DNA of 63,852 nt, counting the filler, from Perkinsus chesapeaki ATCC PRA-425 (Eukaryota; Protista; Perkinsozoa): assembly GCA_013115145.1 (NCBI GenBank). It is 10 parts of 10 records of this genome, joined end to end, with 100 filler letters (N's around TTAATTAATTAA, not from the genome) between each part and the next. Parts side by side here need not be neighbours in the genome. Positions count along the whole stretch, not along the records: positions 1 to 3,069 come from JAAPAO010001467.1; positions 3,170 to 11,125 come from JAAPAO010001003.1; positions 11,226 to 16,597 come from JAAPAO010001167.1; 7 more parts are not named here. One strand, given 5' to 3'. The first letter of the stretch is position 1, and the number at the start of each line of letters is the position of its first letter. The notes beneath the pieces are model-generated. The model saw nothing but the letters and a program-made list of their open reading frames with translations, did no database searches and was not told the origin of the DNA. Below, one piece after another: positions 1-13,552 of this stretch. A program made the position numbers and the translations under genes.

Positions 1-2
1 CA

Positions 3-1854
3 ACCACTTCTGGTCATGTAGCTACGACTCGTCCATCTACAACTATTCCCATCTCGACCACTACAAGGCCTGTGACAAGTAGTTCCACTACAAGTGAATC
101 GACCACTACAAGGCCTGTAACGAGCAGCTCCACTACAAGTGAATCTACCACTACAAGGCCTGTAACGAGCAGCTCTACTACAAGCGAGTCGACCACTACA
201 AGGCCTGTAACTACAAGTGAATCGACCACTACAAGTGAATCGACCACTACAAGGCCCGTAACGAGCAGCTCNNNNNNNNNNNNNNNNNNNNNNNNNNNNN
301 NNNNNNNNNNNNNNNNNNNNNNNNNNNNNNNNNNNNNNNNNNNNNNNNNNNNNNNNNNNNNNNNNNNCCACCACTACAAGTGAATCGACCACTACAAGGC
401 CTGTAACGAGCAGCTCCACTACAAGTGAATCGACCACTACAAGTACAGCTACGAGCAGTTCCACTACCAGTGAATCGACCACTACAAGGCCTGTAACGAG
501 CAGCTCCACTACAAGTGAATCGACCACTACAAGGCCTGTAACGAGCAGCTCCACTACAAGTGAATCGACCACTACAAGGCCTGTAACGAGCAGCTCCACT
601 ACAAGTGAATCGACCACTACAAGGCCTGTAACGAGTAGCTCCACTACGAGCGGTAGCACGAGTACTTCAACGAGAAGTTCATCCAGCGACTCTCCCACTA
701 CGACAACTCGAGCAAGGAGTGGTTCTAAAACGACATCTTCAACGACTGTCTCTCCAAGTACACGTCAGTTCAGCACAACAGCTTCATCAACTGATGCTCC
801 TGTCTCTACCACTACTACGGCCTCGTGTGGACCGATTGATTGCAGTGATGGGGATGCTTTCTGCGGATCGCACCACGAGGGAAGCTACTGTAAATATTGG
901 GAATTCCCACAAGTCTGCTCGGGAACAAACTTGCCGTGTTCGTGCGGGGAGACGAGTACAACCGAGACTTCTGCGACTCCCTCGACGACAAGTAATGCTT
1001 CAGGATCAACGACAACGGTATCGTCATCTTCCACCACGGTGCACAGTTCTACTACCAGGACGGTGACTACGACTATCGCTACCACCCGCAGTCCTTCAAG
1101 TTCAACAACTACGGAAAAAAGCATCACGACTACTCCAACAAGTTCATCTACAGCAATAATCACGACGACCAACTCATGCGGTCCCATTGACTGCAGTGAT
1201 GGTGATGATTTTTGCAGTTCCCACTACCACGGAAGTTATTGTAAATATTGGGCGCTTCCTGCGGTATGTTCAGGAACCAATATAGAGTGTTCTTGTCGTG
1301 AAACCCCTTCCTGTTCGACTACGTCTTCAACAGCTAGTAAATCTGCAACTACAACCAGTAGTAGTGCTACCACCAACCCGGACCATTCATCTACCACTAC
1401 AACAAGCACAACTTCATCGACAACATCACCAACTGTTTCATCGACGACAAAGAGCATTCCTACCAGTTCCTTTGATTGCAGCAAAGGTGATGAGGTTTGC
1501 TCATTAGAGGTTCCTGGAAGCTACTGCAAATATTGGGAATTGCCTTCCACCTGTTCGCATAGCAATACTTTATGTTCTTGCAATGGTCAGACGTCTTCTC
1601 TGTCTACAACTTCATCTACTACTACTGCGCACAGCAATACTGGATCCTCCACCTGGACTAGTACAATGTCACCTACCACATCGACTGATGCATACACCTC
1701 TCCTGCTCGTGACTGTCATGACGGCGATCAGTTCTGTTGTTCACACTATACCGGTAGCTACTGCAAGTACTGGGAATCACCCCCGATCTGTTCTGGTACC
1801 AATCTGCACTGTTCGTGCAATACGGATCCCTCAGCTAACCCTATGAGCCACTAA
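3..1854 (+). CDS. 5'-truncated Ser/Thr-rich mucin-like protein with four copies of a 6-Cys repeat (probable surface/wall protein)
   Basis: Open frame from 3 to the N gap (272-367), then open from 370 to stop at 1854. Ser/Thr linkers separate four units of the form C-x-x-G-D-x-x-C-x(5)-G-S-Y-C-K-Y-W-x-x-P-x-x-C-S-x-x-N-x-x-C-S-C at about 826-950, 1177-1300, 1471-1582 and 1710-1820. Confidence 0.8.
54..648 (+). repeat. Coding tandem repeat, 45-bp unit (TTSESTTTRPVTSSS), interrupted by an assembly gap
   Basis: Unit actacaagtgaatcgaccactacaaggcctgtaacgagcagctcc repeats on both sides of the 96-N gap at 272-367; copy number unresolved. Confidence 0.95.
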
Positions 1855-3069
1855 CTAGAATCGTGACCCATATGGCCTTTTTCACTACACCCGATCTCTC
1901 TGAACTCTTGCTTTCTCAACTGTTGGTTGCAGGCTGTTGAGGAATCTATCCTTCATGCTTGCATGTGCAGTGCATAATAAGGACTGTATAATATTGCCGC
2001 TCCGTTCCGTAGTACATGATAGAACATGTTTTGCCAGCGGTGCACCTTTGGATTGATTCCCATTCTACCGCTTTACCATCATTTTGCTATAGAATGGCTA
2101 TCCTTCTCGCCACTAGAATATTTGTTTCGAATATCTCGAGTATTGTCTTGACTCGAGCGTTTATAGAGTTTTGCCTCGGTATTTAACCGGGGCATGTTAA
2201 GTGAAACATCAATGATTTGTTGTCCTTCGACATTACGTACTCCACTGAGTTCCTCATTGCTTTAACTGACTGTCAGTAACTGGCATTGTCATTTAGGCAA
2301 GGCTCATGTGTAACTTACAGTCTCTCGGATGAGTGCCATTTTTGCACCTCTGCAGGGTTTTGTAAGAAGTTTTAGTTGAGTACTTTCTAGTGCCAAGAGA
2401 AGCTTGCGTTGTGTTTTAAGTATAGTACCGACCACGAAAGGTGCCAGCTCTACAATCCATCTATAGTTCACAAAGAATAAAGACTTTGATGTATGGATGC
2501 CAGACGGTCTTGGGGATATGGCATCATGCCTCTTTTCGAGTCTAGGTTTTTGTTTATGGGACTTCATACTTCAAGTGTCTCTGCCTCGGAGCGGTATTGG
2601 CCGTAAACTCGTATCTCTGCAAATGCTCTCCACAGAACAGTGTAGAACTTCGTTTATTTACCAGCATCTGGAGGATCAACATGAATCATGTTCATCCTCC
2701 AGATGTTGGTCAATAAACGATCATGTTACAGGATCCCTAATATTACGTGGGAGATTTTATTACTTACTGCAGCAGTATTACTGCTTTCTGATACCCTCCC
2801 TCGGGAAGAAGCCCGCGAAACGCTAAAAATCATAGGCAGCTGAACCGTAGCTATCCCGCATTGAAAGGAGGAGCCGCCGTATAACTGATTTGATTGATAG
2901 TTTTTGTGTCATTTGTCCCGTGACCTCCCCGCGCTATGGATACGCCGAAGCATACTTCGTATTTGACCTTAATGTTGCGTATATTGGAATGATATAGATT
3001 CACTTAGTTGTTTCTTTTCATGATACGCAATTCCGTGTATTCATGCCTCAGCGGCATTCTTTTCGCCTG

Positions 3070-3169
3070 NNNNNNNNNNNNNNNNNNNNNNNNNNNNNNN
3101 NNNNNNNNNNNNNTTAATTAATTAANNNNNNNNNNNNNNNNNNNNNNNNNNNNNNNNNNNNNNNNNNNN
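3070..3169. other. Artificial contig spacer (44 N + TTAATTAATTAA + 44 N)
   Basis: The same 100-nt spacer with stops in all six frames recurs at 11126-11225, 16598-16697, 18488-18587, 28799-28898, 47246-47345, 55704-55803, 59558-59657 and 61569-61668. Confidence 0.97.
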
Positions 3170-4063
3170 GTTGCTGTATTGCATTAAACTCAACCCCTGT
3201 TTTCTATGGCATCAACTGTAGAGTTACCGGCACAGATAGAGAGCCGTGAGCCATGTTTATACTCCGTTCTACCCTCACATTAGGTCGATCAGCGACCTCG
3301 ACGAGCGCCGGGTTTGGCAGCTGCTTGATCCTGTCCAAGAAAGCCCTTTGCATCGCTGCCGGCAATTGTAATGCAATTTAATAGAACACATAATCTTCGA
3401 GGAGTCAGATACAACAAGTTCAGCGCACGGTCTCGCCGATCCCCTTTAGTAGGCGGAAAGGCGCCCTGTCACCAGGATAGTGTTGGACAGGAAAAGTCGA
3501 CCTCGAAGGCGCACTGTGAGAGCCTTTGGGAATTCTGCAATGAAGCACAAAGACAATCGATGGAAATGGGCTTCGCAACTCTGGAGGATTACCTGGACGA
3601 AGTGGGCCTATCACTGTTGGGCTCGCAGTAGAGACACTCTCAGGCATTTACGAAAGTAGCACATCCAAGACGTCGACCGAGTGAGCAAGTTTACGACTTG
3701 CTGCCATTCTCGGATGCACTCAGGTTTCCGCAGCGACCAGCGGCAGGCAGCAGCACAACACCCGGCTCGTCGTCATTCAATGACATGATTTTCTCAACTT
3801 GACCGACTGACGGTTGTGCTTGTGTGATCCTTTAACTCGGGCTAGCTGGAGTCTGTGTGTCGGCGATACCGCCGTCCGTGTTCGTGCCTGCGCTGCAATA
3901 GCGTGTTACCGGAAATCGACGCCTGTTTTATATTAGGGACATTTTGTAGAGTCTCTTGGGTTAGTCACTTCAAGTGAAGATGAACTTTATATTTTCCATT
4001 TAGTGCTGGCTATCACTGAGGGACCATATCCTCATTAGCAATTGTTATTAATTCGTTCCACAA

Positions 4064-5378
4064 ATGGCTGATGAGGAGCCTATCCCGTACAGTCTAGTGA
4101 CAGAGGAAGGGGAGACCAGAGAGACAGCCGCCGGGTTCACTGGGAAAGTAACATTCGATTTCATTCGTGAACAATCGTGAACATATTATAGGGCACCGCT
4201 ACTTATCCTAACGGCGATGTCTACGAGGGAAGTTACGCAGACGGCAGGAAATCTGGCCAAGGCGTTTACACTTACAGAGATGGCAGCGCTTATAATGGAA
4301 AGTGCGAGCGGTGTGAAGTAGAATCCGCGATGATGATTTTGTTAGTTACAAAAATGGTCAGCGGGAGGGCATTGGTAAATTCACAATGGCTGCCGATGGC
4401 AGTTTTTACCACGGGTGAGTTGCTATGGATTTCTCTGCCGTTCAGCGTTCGGTTGATAGATCATTCGTTGATGGGCTCTACGATGGCGAAGGGACCATGT
4501 CTTATGCCACTACTGGTGACGTTTACACTGGCGAGTGGAAGAAAGGTCTGCGGCATGGCACTGGGACATACATATACAAGAAAGGACAGGTGAGTTCTTC
4601 ATCGTGGGGAAGATGCACTGATGACGGCATTGAGTCGATACTATTGACCAAGTCTACCCCTGAAATCGACAAATTCAATGAACGCTTGTAGGCGTTCGGC
4701 CAAGGCTTGACAAGAGAACTAATACTGTATGCACTAGCAATGTAGCTAACAATGACATCCACGGATGAGAGCAGCAACCCTGCTGAGGAATGATATCCTT
4801 ATTCGATAGGGTTACTTACCTTACTGCGTGTAACCGAAAAGCCTTCAGACAGTGTTGTAGGCTTGCCTGTTAACCTTTACCCAAAAACTTCTCTCCCCCA
4901 TCATTCTAGCTTCGTAACATGTTCTACTCTTCCTCTCGTATGGAATATTCATCAGCTCCTCAGGCCTCGGTAACGGGAACGTGGCAGGACGATAAAATTG
5001 TGAAGGGCAGATGGAGGCTCTCCCCTGCGCAGGATAGCCCAGTTTTCGACGGGGAGTTCGACACAAAGTAAAACGCAGAACGCTGAAACATCATTTGAAC
5101 TTCAAACAGGTACAGCCAACCGATTGGTGAAGGCGTTTGGACTCTTTCGGATGGCAAAAAGATAAGCGGGAGGTGAGAAAGGAAAAACCCGACCATTCGT
5201 TAGATTGCTGTGTAAATAGATACACTCAAAATCATGAACCGTCGGACACCACTGACGATGTTATCACGAAATTGCATTGGGCCACTCTGGTGTGATATTG
5301 CTTATCATTATAAATAGTCGTTGGGTTCACTGCAGGCCAGTTGAGTGGTCAAAGGGAAAAGGAAGAACAATGCAGTGA
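4064..5378 (+). CDS. MORN-repeat protein (RSPH1/radial spoke head 1-like), multi-exon
   Basis: ATG at 4064 (MADEEPIPY). Spliced exons give MORN repeats ATYPNGDVYEGSYADGRKSGQGVYTYRDGSAYNG, YDGEGTMSYATTGDVYTGEWKKGLRHGTGTYIYKKG and QPIGEGVWTLSDGKKISG. The 3' end (TGA 5376-5378) is tentative. Confidence 0.75.
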
Positions 5379-5550
5379 ATTGTCGAACTGCTGTATGCAA
5401 TACTCACGTATTTCGAGGGTGTGGGTGAAATCTGATTCCCAAATTGATCGTGTCATTAACCTTTACGCAACAACGATATTTGGTAAATATCAAACATGAG
5501 TTTGGTCCTCGTCGTTCGTCACTGATGACAGTTCGCAATTGTAACCCGAT

Positions 5551-6150
5551 ATGATGTTCACTGTCCCGACTATCATTCTATCGTGCATCATTCTAACGGT
5601 TGAATCTTACAATTTGCATTGCAATTCCGGCGAAGAGCCGGTCGTCTGTGCTGTATCGAATAGCAACAACAAAGTCGTTCAAGTTCTGAGCCACACTATA
5701 GAGCCTCTCATAATTGGCCCGAAAAGTCCAATGACAAGTGCATGCGACGTTGTGGAAGGCAAAACAGGAATTCGAGTTTTGGATGATTGTCCTATTCCGC
5801 AACTGAGACAGCTGCATCGATCCGAGCAGGATGGAACTCTCCAAAACGGCAATGAAAAGCTGGCTATGGTGCAGCCGGTTGATCCGTTGGCTACAGAAGA
5901 GTTTCACAGTGAGGGGCCAGCAGCAAGGGCTTGGCTGGGTGACAGTGGCGAACTAATCGTTAGTGAATTCAACAAGAAAAGAATATTGAAGATGGGAAAG
6001 GACAACAAATACAAGTGGGCACCATTAGTCGGGCAAAGAAGGGAGGCATTCTTCTTTCAACACAACGGCAAGACTTTATTATTCTATTTCGCATCGACCA
6101 CTAAGAGAAAGGTATACGCTATACTGAGAAAGTGGAAGGATTATCATTAA
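5551..6150 (+). CDS. Intronless hypothetical secreted protein (199 aa)
   Basis: Long ORF with a hydrophobic N-terminus (MMFTVPTIILSCIILTVES) resembling a signal peptide; no recognised domain. Confidence 0.6.
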   Translation: MMFTVPTIILSCIILTVESYNLHCNSGEEPVVCAVSNSNNKVVQVLSHTIEPLIIGPKSPMTSACDVVEGKTGIRVLDDCPIPQLRQLHRSEQDGTLQNGNEKLAMVQPVDPLATEEFHSEGPAARAWLGDSGELIVSEFNKKRILKMGKDNKYKWAPLVGQRREAFFFQHNGKTLLFYFASTTKRKVYAILRKWKDYH

Positions 6151-6335
6151 GCTTTGTTATGATGTGTAAAGGTGTGTATGTGAATAAACGTGTTACGTTT
6201 AGTGTGATTTGTGTTGTATAAAGAGTCAACTCAACGCATCATTCCCTTTGAAAAGTGAAACAACCATTTACCCGAAGTGACCTGCCGGGATAAGAGAAAT
6301 ATAATGGAAAATAAAATTCAATTTCACGAAGACAA

Positions 6336-9300
6336 TCAGACAGATAATCGCTGCGGTCTATCAGATGGCCGAGGCTCCTAAGAATATGAATGCCAATACA
6401 ATGGATTGAAAAGCCTACAGTGGCGGGAGTGGCAATGGGCTTCTTTTTGGTCTTCTTGACCGAACGGGACTTCCCGCGACCACCAGTGAAGCAACGAAGA
6501 CATCTCCTGCCGTAGTGGCCAAATAGGAACCTGTCAAGGAGAATGGCGATTTGGTTGGTTTTCGTAACCTACCAAACCGAGCCGATAGTTTTGAAGCCAT
6601 TGAATGCAACGACTATACCGAGCACGACCAAAAGGAACGTATCAGCTGGCACCCTTTGAGCACCGCCGTCGAGAGTCGTACCGGCGACAGCCTGATGGGA
6701 AATAGGGAAGACGAATGTAATGGTGAAGGTCTTACAAAAACGAGGGCCAGATTGCAGAGAGCCCAAGAGAGAACCAGATAAGTTCTGAACTCGTTACGTT
6801 GCGCCTGGACGTCCTTCTGGGAGACATCATTATTGTCTAATCCTTTGGTGCCTGAAGGAGGATGATATCACAAAATTAAGGCAAAGCTGGTCGATAAGGA
6901 GAATTCCAACACTTCGATCGAGAAGCGCTTCTAGGATGCAGCTACAGAGCATGCCTCTAGGGAAGGGAGAGTTCCATCATTGCACATTGACTCGACGAGG
7001 GCACTTACCCCAAGAAAGGTCGTGTGTATTACAAAAGGCGAATACTTGAAAAATATTAATGTAAGTTGGAGCCATAAAAGTGTACTGGAAATACGTCAGG
7101 AGGATATGATGGCCCTGAAGAAGGGGAAATGTCAAGTATGGGGAATGATAGAGTCTACTTCGCAGTGCAGAAAGGCGACGACTATGTAGCTCGCGACTGC
7201 GGCGATACCAATAGCAGACAGAATTAGATCTTCGGACTCGACCACGTTATAGACGGCAAGGGCAACTGTACCAATCATAAAGACACCAAAAATAAGGGAA
7301 ATTAAAACGTATCTAAGAAAGGTATTTTGACGGTTATATGAAATTGATTGGTACAATATTCTCAGGGAACGGCGCGGGGCATCTGGAGCGGTACCCATGG
7401 CCAATAGGAAAATACAGAACATGAGCAGCAAGTATCTGAACACGGACAAAATGAATAGAAATTATTGTGGAAGATCTTGAGAATAACGTGAACCTCGGGA
7501 GGGTGATCTGGTGTGGAGTGGATTTCTGTGATGATTCGCACGTAAAGAAGGATCGAGAGGCGATGAAATAGGCAAAAAAATGTCAACCACGTCGAAGTCC
7601 ACCGTGGAGAAAGTCGAAAGATATTATCTTTATGCATCTTAAGATACGTGAACCGGGAGAATCTTACATAAATTTGATGACGACAAATGCAATATCAGCA
7701 TTATCAAAACGATGATCTCCGTCATTGACCAGGAAATCATCCCAAAGAATAAGGAAGGTTAGATAGAACACTCCGACTAGGAACCATGTCATGATGGTGT
7801 TCAAAATATAATATCTGAAATAATAATTAATCCAAGATGATCGAGGGGGGGAGAAGGAGAACTTACATCAACTCGATCATGAGGAGGAATTTACGAAGAA
7901 TATTGTGGCGCGTGACGAATATCCTGAACTGAAAGAGCCCTTGCCAAAGAGCGAAGATTTGGGCGAAGAAGGAGCCGTTCAACCAGCGACGTCTTTGCTT
8001 GATGAGTGCAGCGCAGGTATCCGGTACCTGACCGAAAGATATTTTTGAGCTCAGATTGCCGACCTACGTCTGTGACGGCCACCGAGCCTTTCACGTATCG
8101 AAGAAGGTTCGCGGCAGTTCGACTGCAGACCAACTCAAGTGCGAGGATGCGGTCCTCAGCGAGATACCTGAGGGAGCAATTTAGTGGCGCGTGACGGAGA
8201 TATCCCACATGTTGCCCAGGAAGGGATTTACTACGCCACCATGAGTGACACTTTTGAAATAAGGAACGATCGGTCGCTTTGCTGAGGTCGGACCGAGCTC
8301 CGGAGGCGAGAGTGCTGACCAACGGTAGGCGGAGAAGGCTCCAGGCAATACCTGACGGGAAGATCGCAAAGGATATTTTTGAGGTCACTTTCGATACAAG
8401 TTATGACAGTCAGTGGGAAGACAGTTAGATTCGCAGCTTGGAAAAACCGCCGACGTGAAAGACGTAATAGAGAGAAGAATAAGAGAAACGAAAGGAGGTA
8501 CGTTGATGATAATTATTGACACTTATTATTGCTTACACTGATGAAGCCGAATGACGATTCGCAGGCCTTATCGAAGCAATTGCCGATCTTATACTCGAAA
8601 TTCTGTGAGGCGACGTACCTGATGATGACGATGTGGTTGAATTGCGAGAGCTACAAGTATCTTACCAATTATAGAATATGTTGATTGGATGCAAGTTGCG
8701 ATCGACGGTTATCTCACCACAGCAACCAGCAACATCATCACTGCCATCCATAGCATCAATAAGCTTCACAATAGCATTGGGATATGGTCGAGTTCCTGAG
8801 CTCATACGTATCTTACCCGCTTTAAGCTAAGATACCAACCTGCATCCAGACAAACACAGTAGAGCTCTTCATGTACTCCCTCCTCAGCACGTTCGTTCAT
8901 GGTTCGATAAAAGTGATGCGCGAAGCCCTCAAAGAACCACAAGTGTGTGTCCAACTTGCCGGCGTTGAACTCCTTTAAAGCAAACATCATCTGCAATGGT
9001 GGATAGTTCTCGTAGTGGATGACGTTCTCAAATAGATGGACATAAACCGTCTGGCCATTGTCAACGGTGAATCGGGGCTGGTCTCGAGAGGCATTTTTAT
9101 CAGGGATGCGATCGAAGTTGTAACGATCGATTGGCTGAATGCGACCGGAGATCTCCATGAGGCCTTCTTCTTGGTACATCTCCTCAAGGTCGAGATACAT
9201 ACCCATACGCTGCAGAGCTTGCAGGTTGTTGTAGGCGCCATTGATCCGGGTGCGGCCGTCGGCCAGCAGACACACGCAGATCTCCTCCCATTTATATTGG

Positions 9301-10432
9301 GTTTCCGCGACGAACTTTCGGACGTTCTCGAGGACACCGACGAGAGTTCCAGGAACACCACCGGTCTCCATCGCTTGTTCTTTGAAGGCCTCGGGACGAT
9401 CGTTTTCGGGGTTCTGTTGGATGAAGGTCAAACCAGGGCGCCGAATGTCATCGAGACCACCACATGGTTCTTGGTACATGGTTATGCCTGACAAAGAAGG
9501 AGAAATAACATAGCTCTCCACACCGAAGCACGGTCGCTAGAAGATACGTACAGTAATAAGAAGAGAAAAGTAACTTTCTATTTGTGAGGTCCTCAAGTTG
9601 GGTTGATGAATATATAGACTCATAAGTAGTGGCAAGAATAAAAGGGTAGGATAGTAGGAGATAGTGGAGCAGCAATTAGTCGAACTCTTGGATAAGGTAA
9701 AATAATAAAGCTATAAAATGACTGCTTGTACTAGAATAAAGACCAGTAATATCTTAACAATGGCATATACATGATTAATATCTTTCGACATAAAAAGATA
9801 TTTTATAGGTTGACAAGGATGCTTACCGATAAAGACCTTAATCTTAGCATTTGGATCTTCAATAAACTTCAACTTGAATGGTGGTGGTGGAGGTAGGCCG
9901 TCGAAGTACTCACTGTAGAAGTCAGAGTCGAACATTTGGTCGATGAATCTTGGATAGTGGAGGCCTCGCTCCTAAAAATGGAAAAAGGACCTTCGCGGAA
10001 ACATCATTTCAGCGACTTCAGGTTGCGAGAAGTTCATTTAACATAAAACGTAAAAGCGACAATTTCGAGGAAATATGTTACCAATAAGAGATGGCGTACA
10101 TCAGTAATGTTAAAAGGCCCTCAGAAAACGCAAGAAATAAGGTAAGATAGGTCAGCGGAGTAAGACTATTTCGCACAGACTTACACTGTAGTTGATGTTC
10201 TTGTGGTAAACCAGTTCCTCTTGGGCAACGGTGATAGGAGTATATCGAAGCTGGTTGTCGTCACGGTTCAAGTCGAAACCTTGTATTTGCTGAAAATAAG
10301 AATCGAACAGATGTCATGAAATTGAACTATTTTGTATCTTACCATTCGACCTAGATACAACGGATCTATATTTATATAAGAGGAATAACCACCATGGGAG
10401 GGATGGATATGCGGATGGGTTCGACTAGCCAT
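6336..10432 (-). CDS. CHS: Chitin synthase (GT2; Chitin_synth_1 type), multi-exon
   Basis: Motifs in canonical order: [113 protein letters not shown] (about 7960-8000), then transmembrane segments and [14 protein letters not shown]. Start MASRTHP at 10432; last exon tentative. Confidence 0.95.
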
Positions 10433-10975
10433 AAAAATAAACTCTTAAACTTAACAGCACATTTGAATGTTTTAGAACGAGGCTCTATAACATGTTCCGA
10501 AAAGTCGAGAATCGTTGAACGATAAGCAGTTACAAGTAAATGAAGAGACGTTGTAGATGGAACCAGAATGAATGGAAAAGTTGGCGGAAATATGGTATGA
10601 AAATCAGAGTCGACTGCCACAGTTCAACATGAATAGTGCAGTCGAGTGTAAAACTGGATGTCGAAAGACCTGAGCTAGATTACAGAAAGATACTTCTGAG
10701 GTTGAATGAATGACACGTGCAAATGCAGCGGAAACGCGCTCGTTCTAAAGAAGGAAGCTCCGAGTTCCCAAACGAGTGGTATTTAAAAAGGGAGCGCGAA
10801 CCAACCTAAAAAATATCCTTACAATTTGGGAAAGATATTTCTCAAGGTCGAACGACGATAATATCAAATTTTATAAGTTATATATAGTCTTCCAATTCGT
10901 CTTCAACTGAATTTTATCACGTAAATTCGATATGAAACTTTTGCTTTATCTTTTGTACCTAGTTGAAGCACTGCA

Positions 10976-13340
10976 TTGAACACAACGCCAGGTTATCCAA
11001 GGTTCAAGCATGCAAGATATGAACAACGTTATTGCGATGAACATGCGCTGATCAAAATCTTGGACGGCTCGGTTCTGCTCGGAGCTTTGGGGTGTTTGAG
11101 TCTGCCCGGGTTCACAGAGCCGGTGNNNNNNNNNNNNNNNNNNNNNNNNNNNNNNNNNNNNNNNNNNNNTTAATTAATTAANNNNNNNNNNNNNNNNNNN
11201 NNNNNNNNNNNNNNNNNNNNNNNNNGAAACGGAAATGAAACCGCGCTCGCATGAGCGAAGCGAAGTATCACAGATATACAAACGTCATGCATCTACACAA
11301 GCTACCTTATATGAAAAGCCTAGTATCACTGGATGTTGTCGATGGACCGTTCAAGCTGACACCAGCTGAATTAGAAGGAGCGGCTAAGTCGCTTAAGCTG
11401 GAATCTCTGTATCTAGCGGGTGTTGACCTTGTGGAGGGTCGAGATTCCGTAAGTTGCGGTAAGTTAGTAAAATGGGCACTGGAGAGCCGAAGGTTGATGG
11501 AAGTTGTATTGCACTGGGCAGATCCGACATGTGTAGGAATAGATTTGTGAGAAGTTTGGTATGCAGTTTGTAGATTGAAGAACTGGTGGAAGGAGAAATG
11601 CCGGTATGGAAGATAATGGCTACTATGAGAGGGAGCACCCTGAGCCATTGGAGATGGTTTAGATTTACTCATACTGGTGAGTGATATTGTTGCTTCGAGT
11701 GGCAGGATGTATTATATTATTATGATTATTAAAACAACAACAGCAAGAAGTTTATTTTGATTCGGAAAATAGCATCTTTCAAAACTATTTACACCATTAA
11801 CTTTGGCTCGACTTCCTAGTAGGTTTTGCCACACACTGAAGAATGCGCGGGACGCCATGTATTGTAGGATTGGCGTGACCAAGAATTGGAGACAGAGTTT
11901 GTGTTATTATGTGCATGCTAGGTGTTATGGCATTCCAATATGGAGATCCACCCGAGTTCGCAGAGAAGATGTTCTTACAGTTGTACGATAATGTTGATGA
12001 TGGTGAAAGTCTTCTGAAGGCAGAGGTATTAGCAGTACGGGAAATTGGTTAACTGATAAGCTGTCTCCAGTTGACATCTCTTTTCTGGAAAAGGATCAGA
12101 AAGAGATGGTAGGAGTGTGAGAATATCTGTTTGGCTTCCTCAACCGATGGGTATGACTTGTTGTTCATTGGATTCCCTCACCATTTTACACGGGACATAT
12201 GGTCAATAAGCGTATCTTCAGCTGGGTATTTTTTCCATATTTACCTCGAGCTCAACTACAGATGTAGCCAGCCACGTGCACATTTTCCCTCACGGGATGG
12301 TAGAGGCAAGTTCTTGTTGAACTGTTCTTATTGGTTCATTAGAATTTACAAAATCAATGCTTAGTGGTACGAGGGGCATGTGTCATATATGGTGGAATTA
12401 CGGTACGATGAAGTACCGGATGTTCGCTGCCTACATTATGAACGATATGATTCCTATAGCGTAGACACAGTCTACAAAGTAAGTTACACTGGCGTACAAG
12501 AGTAATATGATCTCGCAACAAAGTTTATCAATATTGATATTAAGATGAACATATCATCATAAGGATGCGATGCTCATTCCACGAGGTGCTATCCAGTATT
12601 AGAAATATGATGCTCTGTTATAATGTCATTAACTAATAGATATAAATAGAGATATATATTAGCTTTTATTTAATATATTTAATCATAACACTCTTATAGA
12701 GATGGATTCATCTCCCGACTTGTATTCTTTTTCCATCGTCAGTTACGTTTGGACCTGCCGTTTGATTTCTATGACGGTCTGGACGATAATATTAAAGTAT
12801 CATTAGACCAGATAGGCTTGAGGGTAATGGTGGCGTTGGCTGATAGGCGAGATCATGTCCGACCACTTGAAGGTGAGCTAGTAATTAGTGGAGGAAAGAA
12901 TGGAGAAACCACTTTTATATTTTTCCCTGCGATGTGAAAAAAATATTTTCGAAAAGAACACATTTTCTAGCAGAGTCCGTATTGATACTACTTTCTGGAC
13001 CTCGAGGGAACTCCCGTTTGGTGAACTCCTGAGAGCATGGTACGAATAATAATAGTTATCCTATTAAAATAATTATTTTAATAATAACCAGTAATATATG
13101 AGGTTGGTAGTTATATAGCTGTATTCAATATTGATAATCTATATAGATATTATAGGTACACCTTTATATAAGCAATGTAGTGCGATACAAGAAATGGATA
13201 ATAGAATATATAGATTATTCGATACTAGGATCGTTTCTGTGACGATACTCATCCTTCGGATTCAGTACTTGTTCATTTACAGAGACCCCGCCCAGTCGTC
13301 CGCCTCGGCAAGCCCGACGAAGCAGTCTGTCAAGTCGTGA
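10976..13340 (+). CDS. Hypothetical multi-exon protein with LRR-like Leu periodicity, apparently spanning a spacer
   Basis: Protein-like exons LHKLPYMKSLVSLDVVDGPFKLTPAELEGAAKSLKLESLYLAGVDL, LPFDFYDGLDDNIKVSLDQIGLR and YLFIYRDPAQSS* with GT/AG borders; gene structure unresolved. Confidence 0.35.
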
Positions 13341-13552
13341 AAGTCTAAGTTCATATTATGCATTCACCGAGTCTACCAGAGCCAGCACTGATGGTCGGCG
13401 TAGTAGCCCTTAATAGATGTTCCTATTCACTTTAGTGGTGCGGTGGAATGTATTTTCACCGAGATGCATGCCCATGAATATGATAATGGTTTCGAATTTG
13501 TTTGGTTGTGTTAAGTCGTCCAACGGTGAGAGGGGTAGGCTTGGTAGGGTAA

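Noticed and set aside
14-1507. Val/Leu-rich minus-strand and alternate-frame ORFs over the mucin gene
   Set aside because: Shadow ORFs of the low-complexity Ser/Thr repeat. The same applies to antisense ORFs over CHS (9036-9491) and the long intronless genes.
3114-3125. Repeated TTAATTAATTAA palindrome flanked by N runs, nine times
   Set aside because: Identical 44N-12-44N layout with stops in all six frames marks an assembly linker, not biology. It also makes any gene cluster spanning these points unproven.
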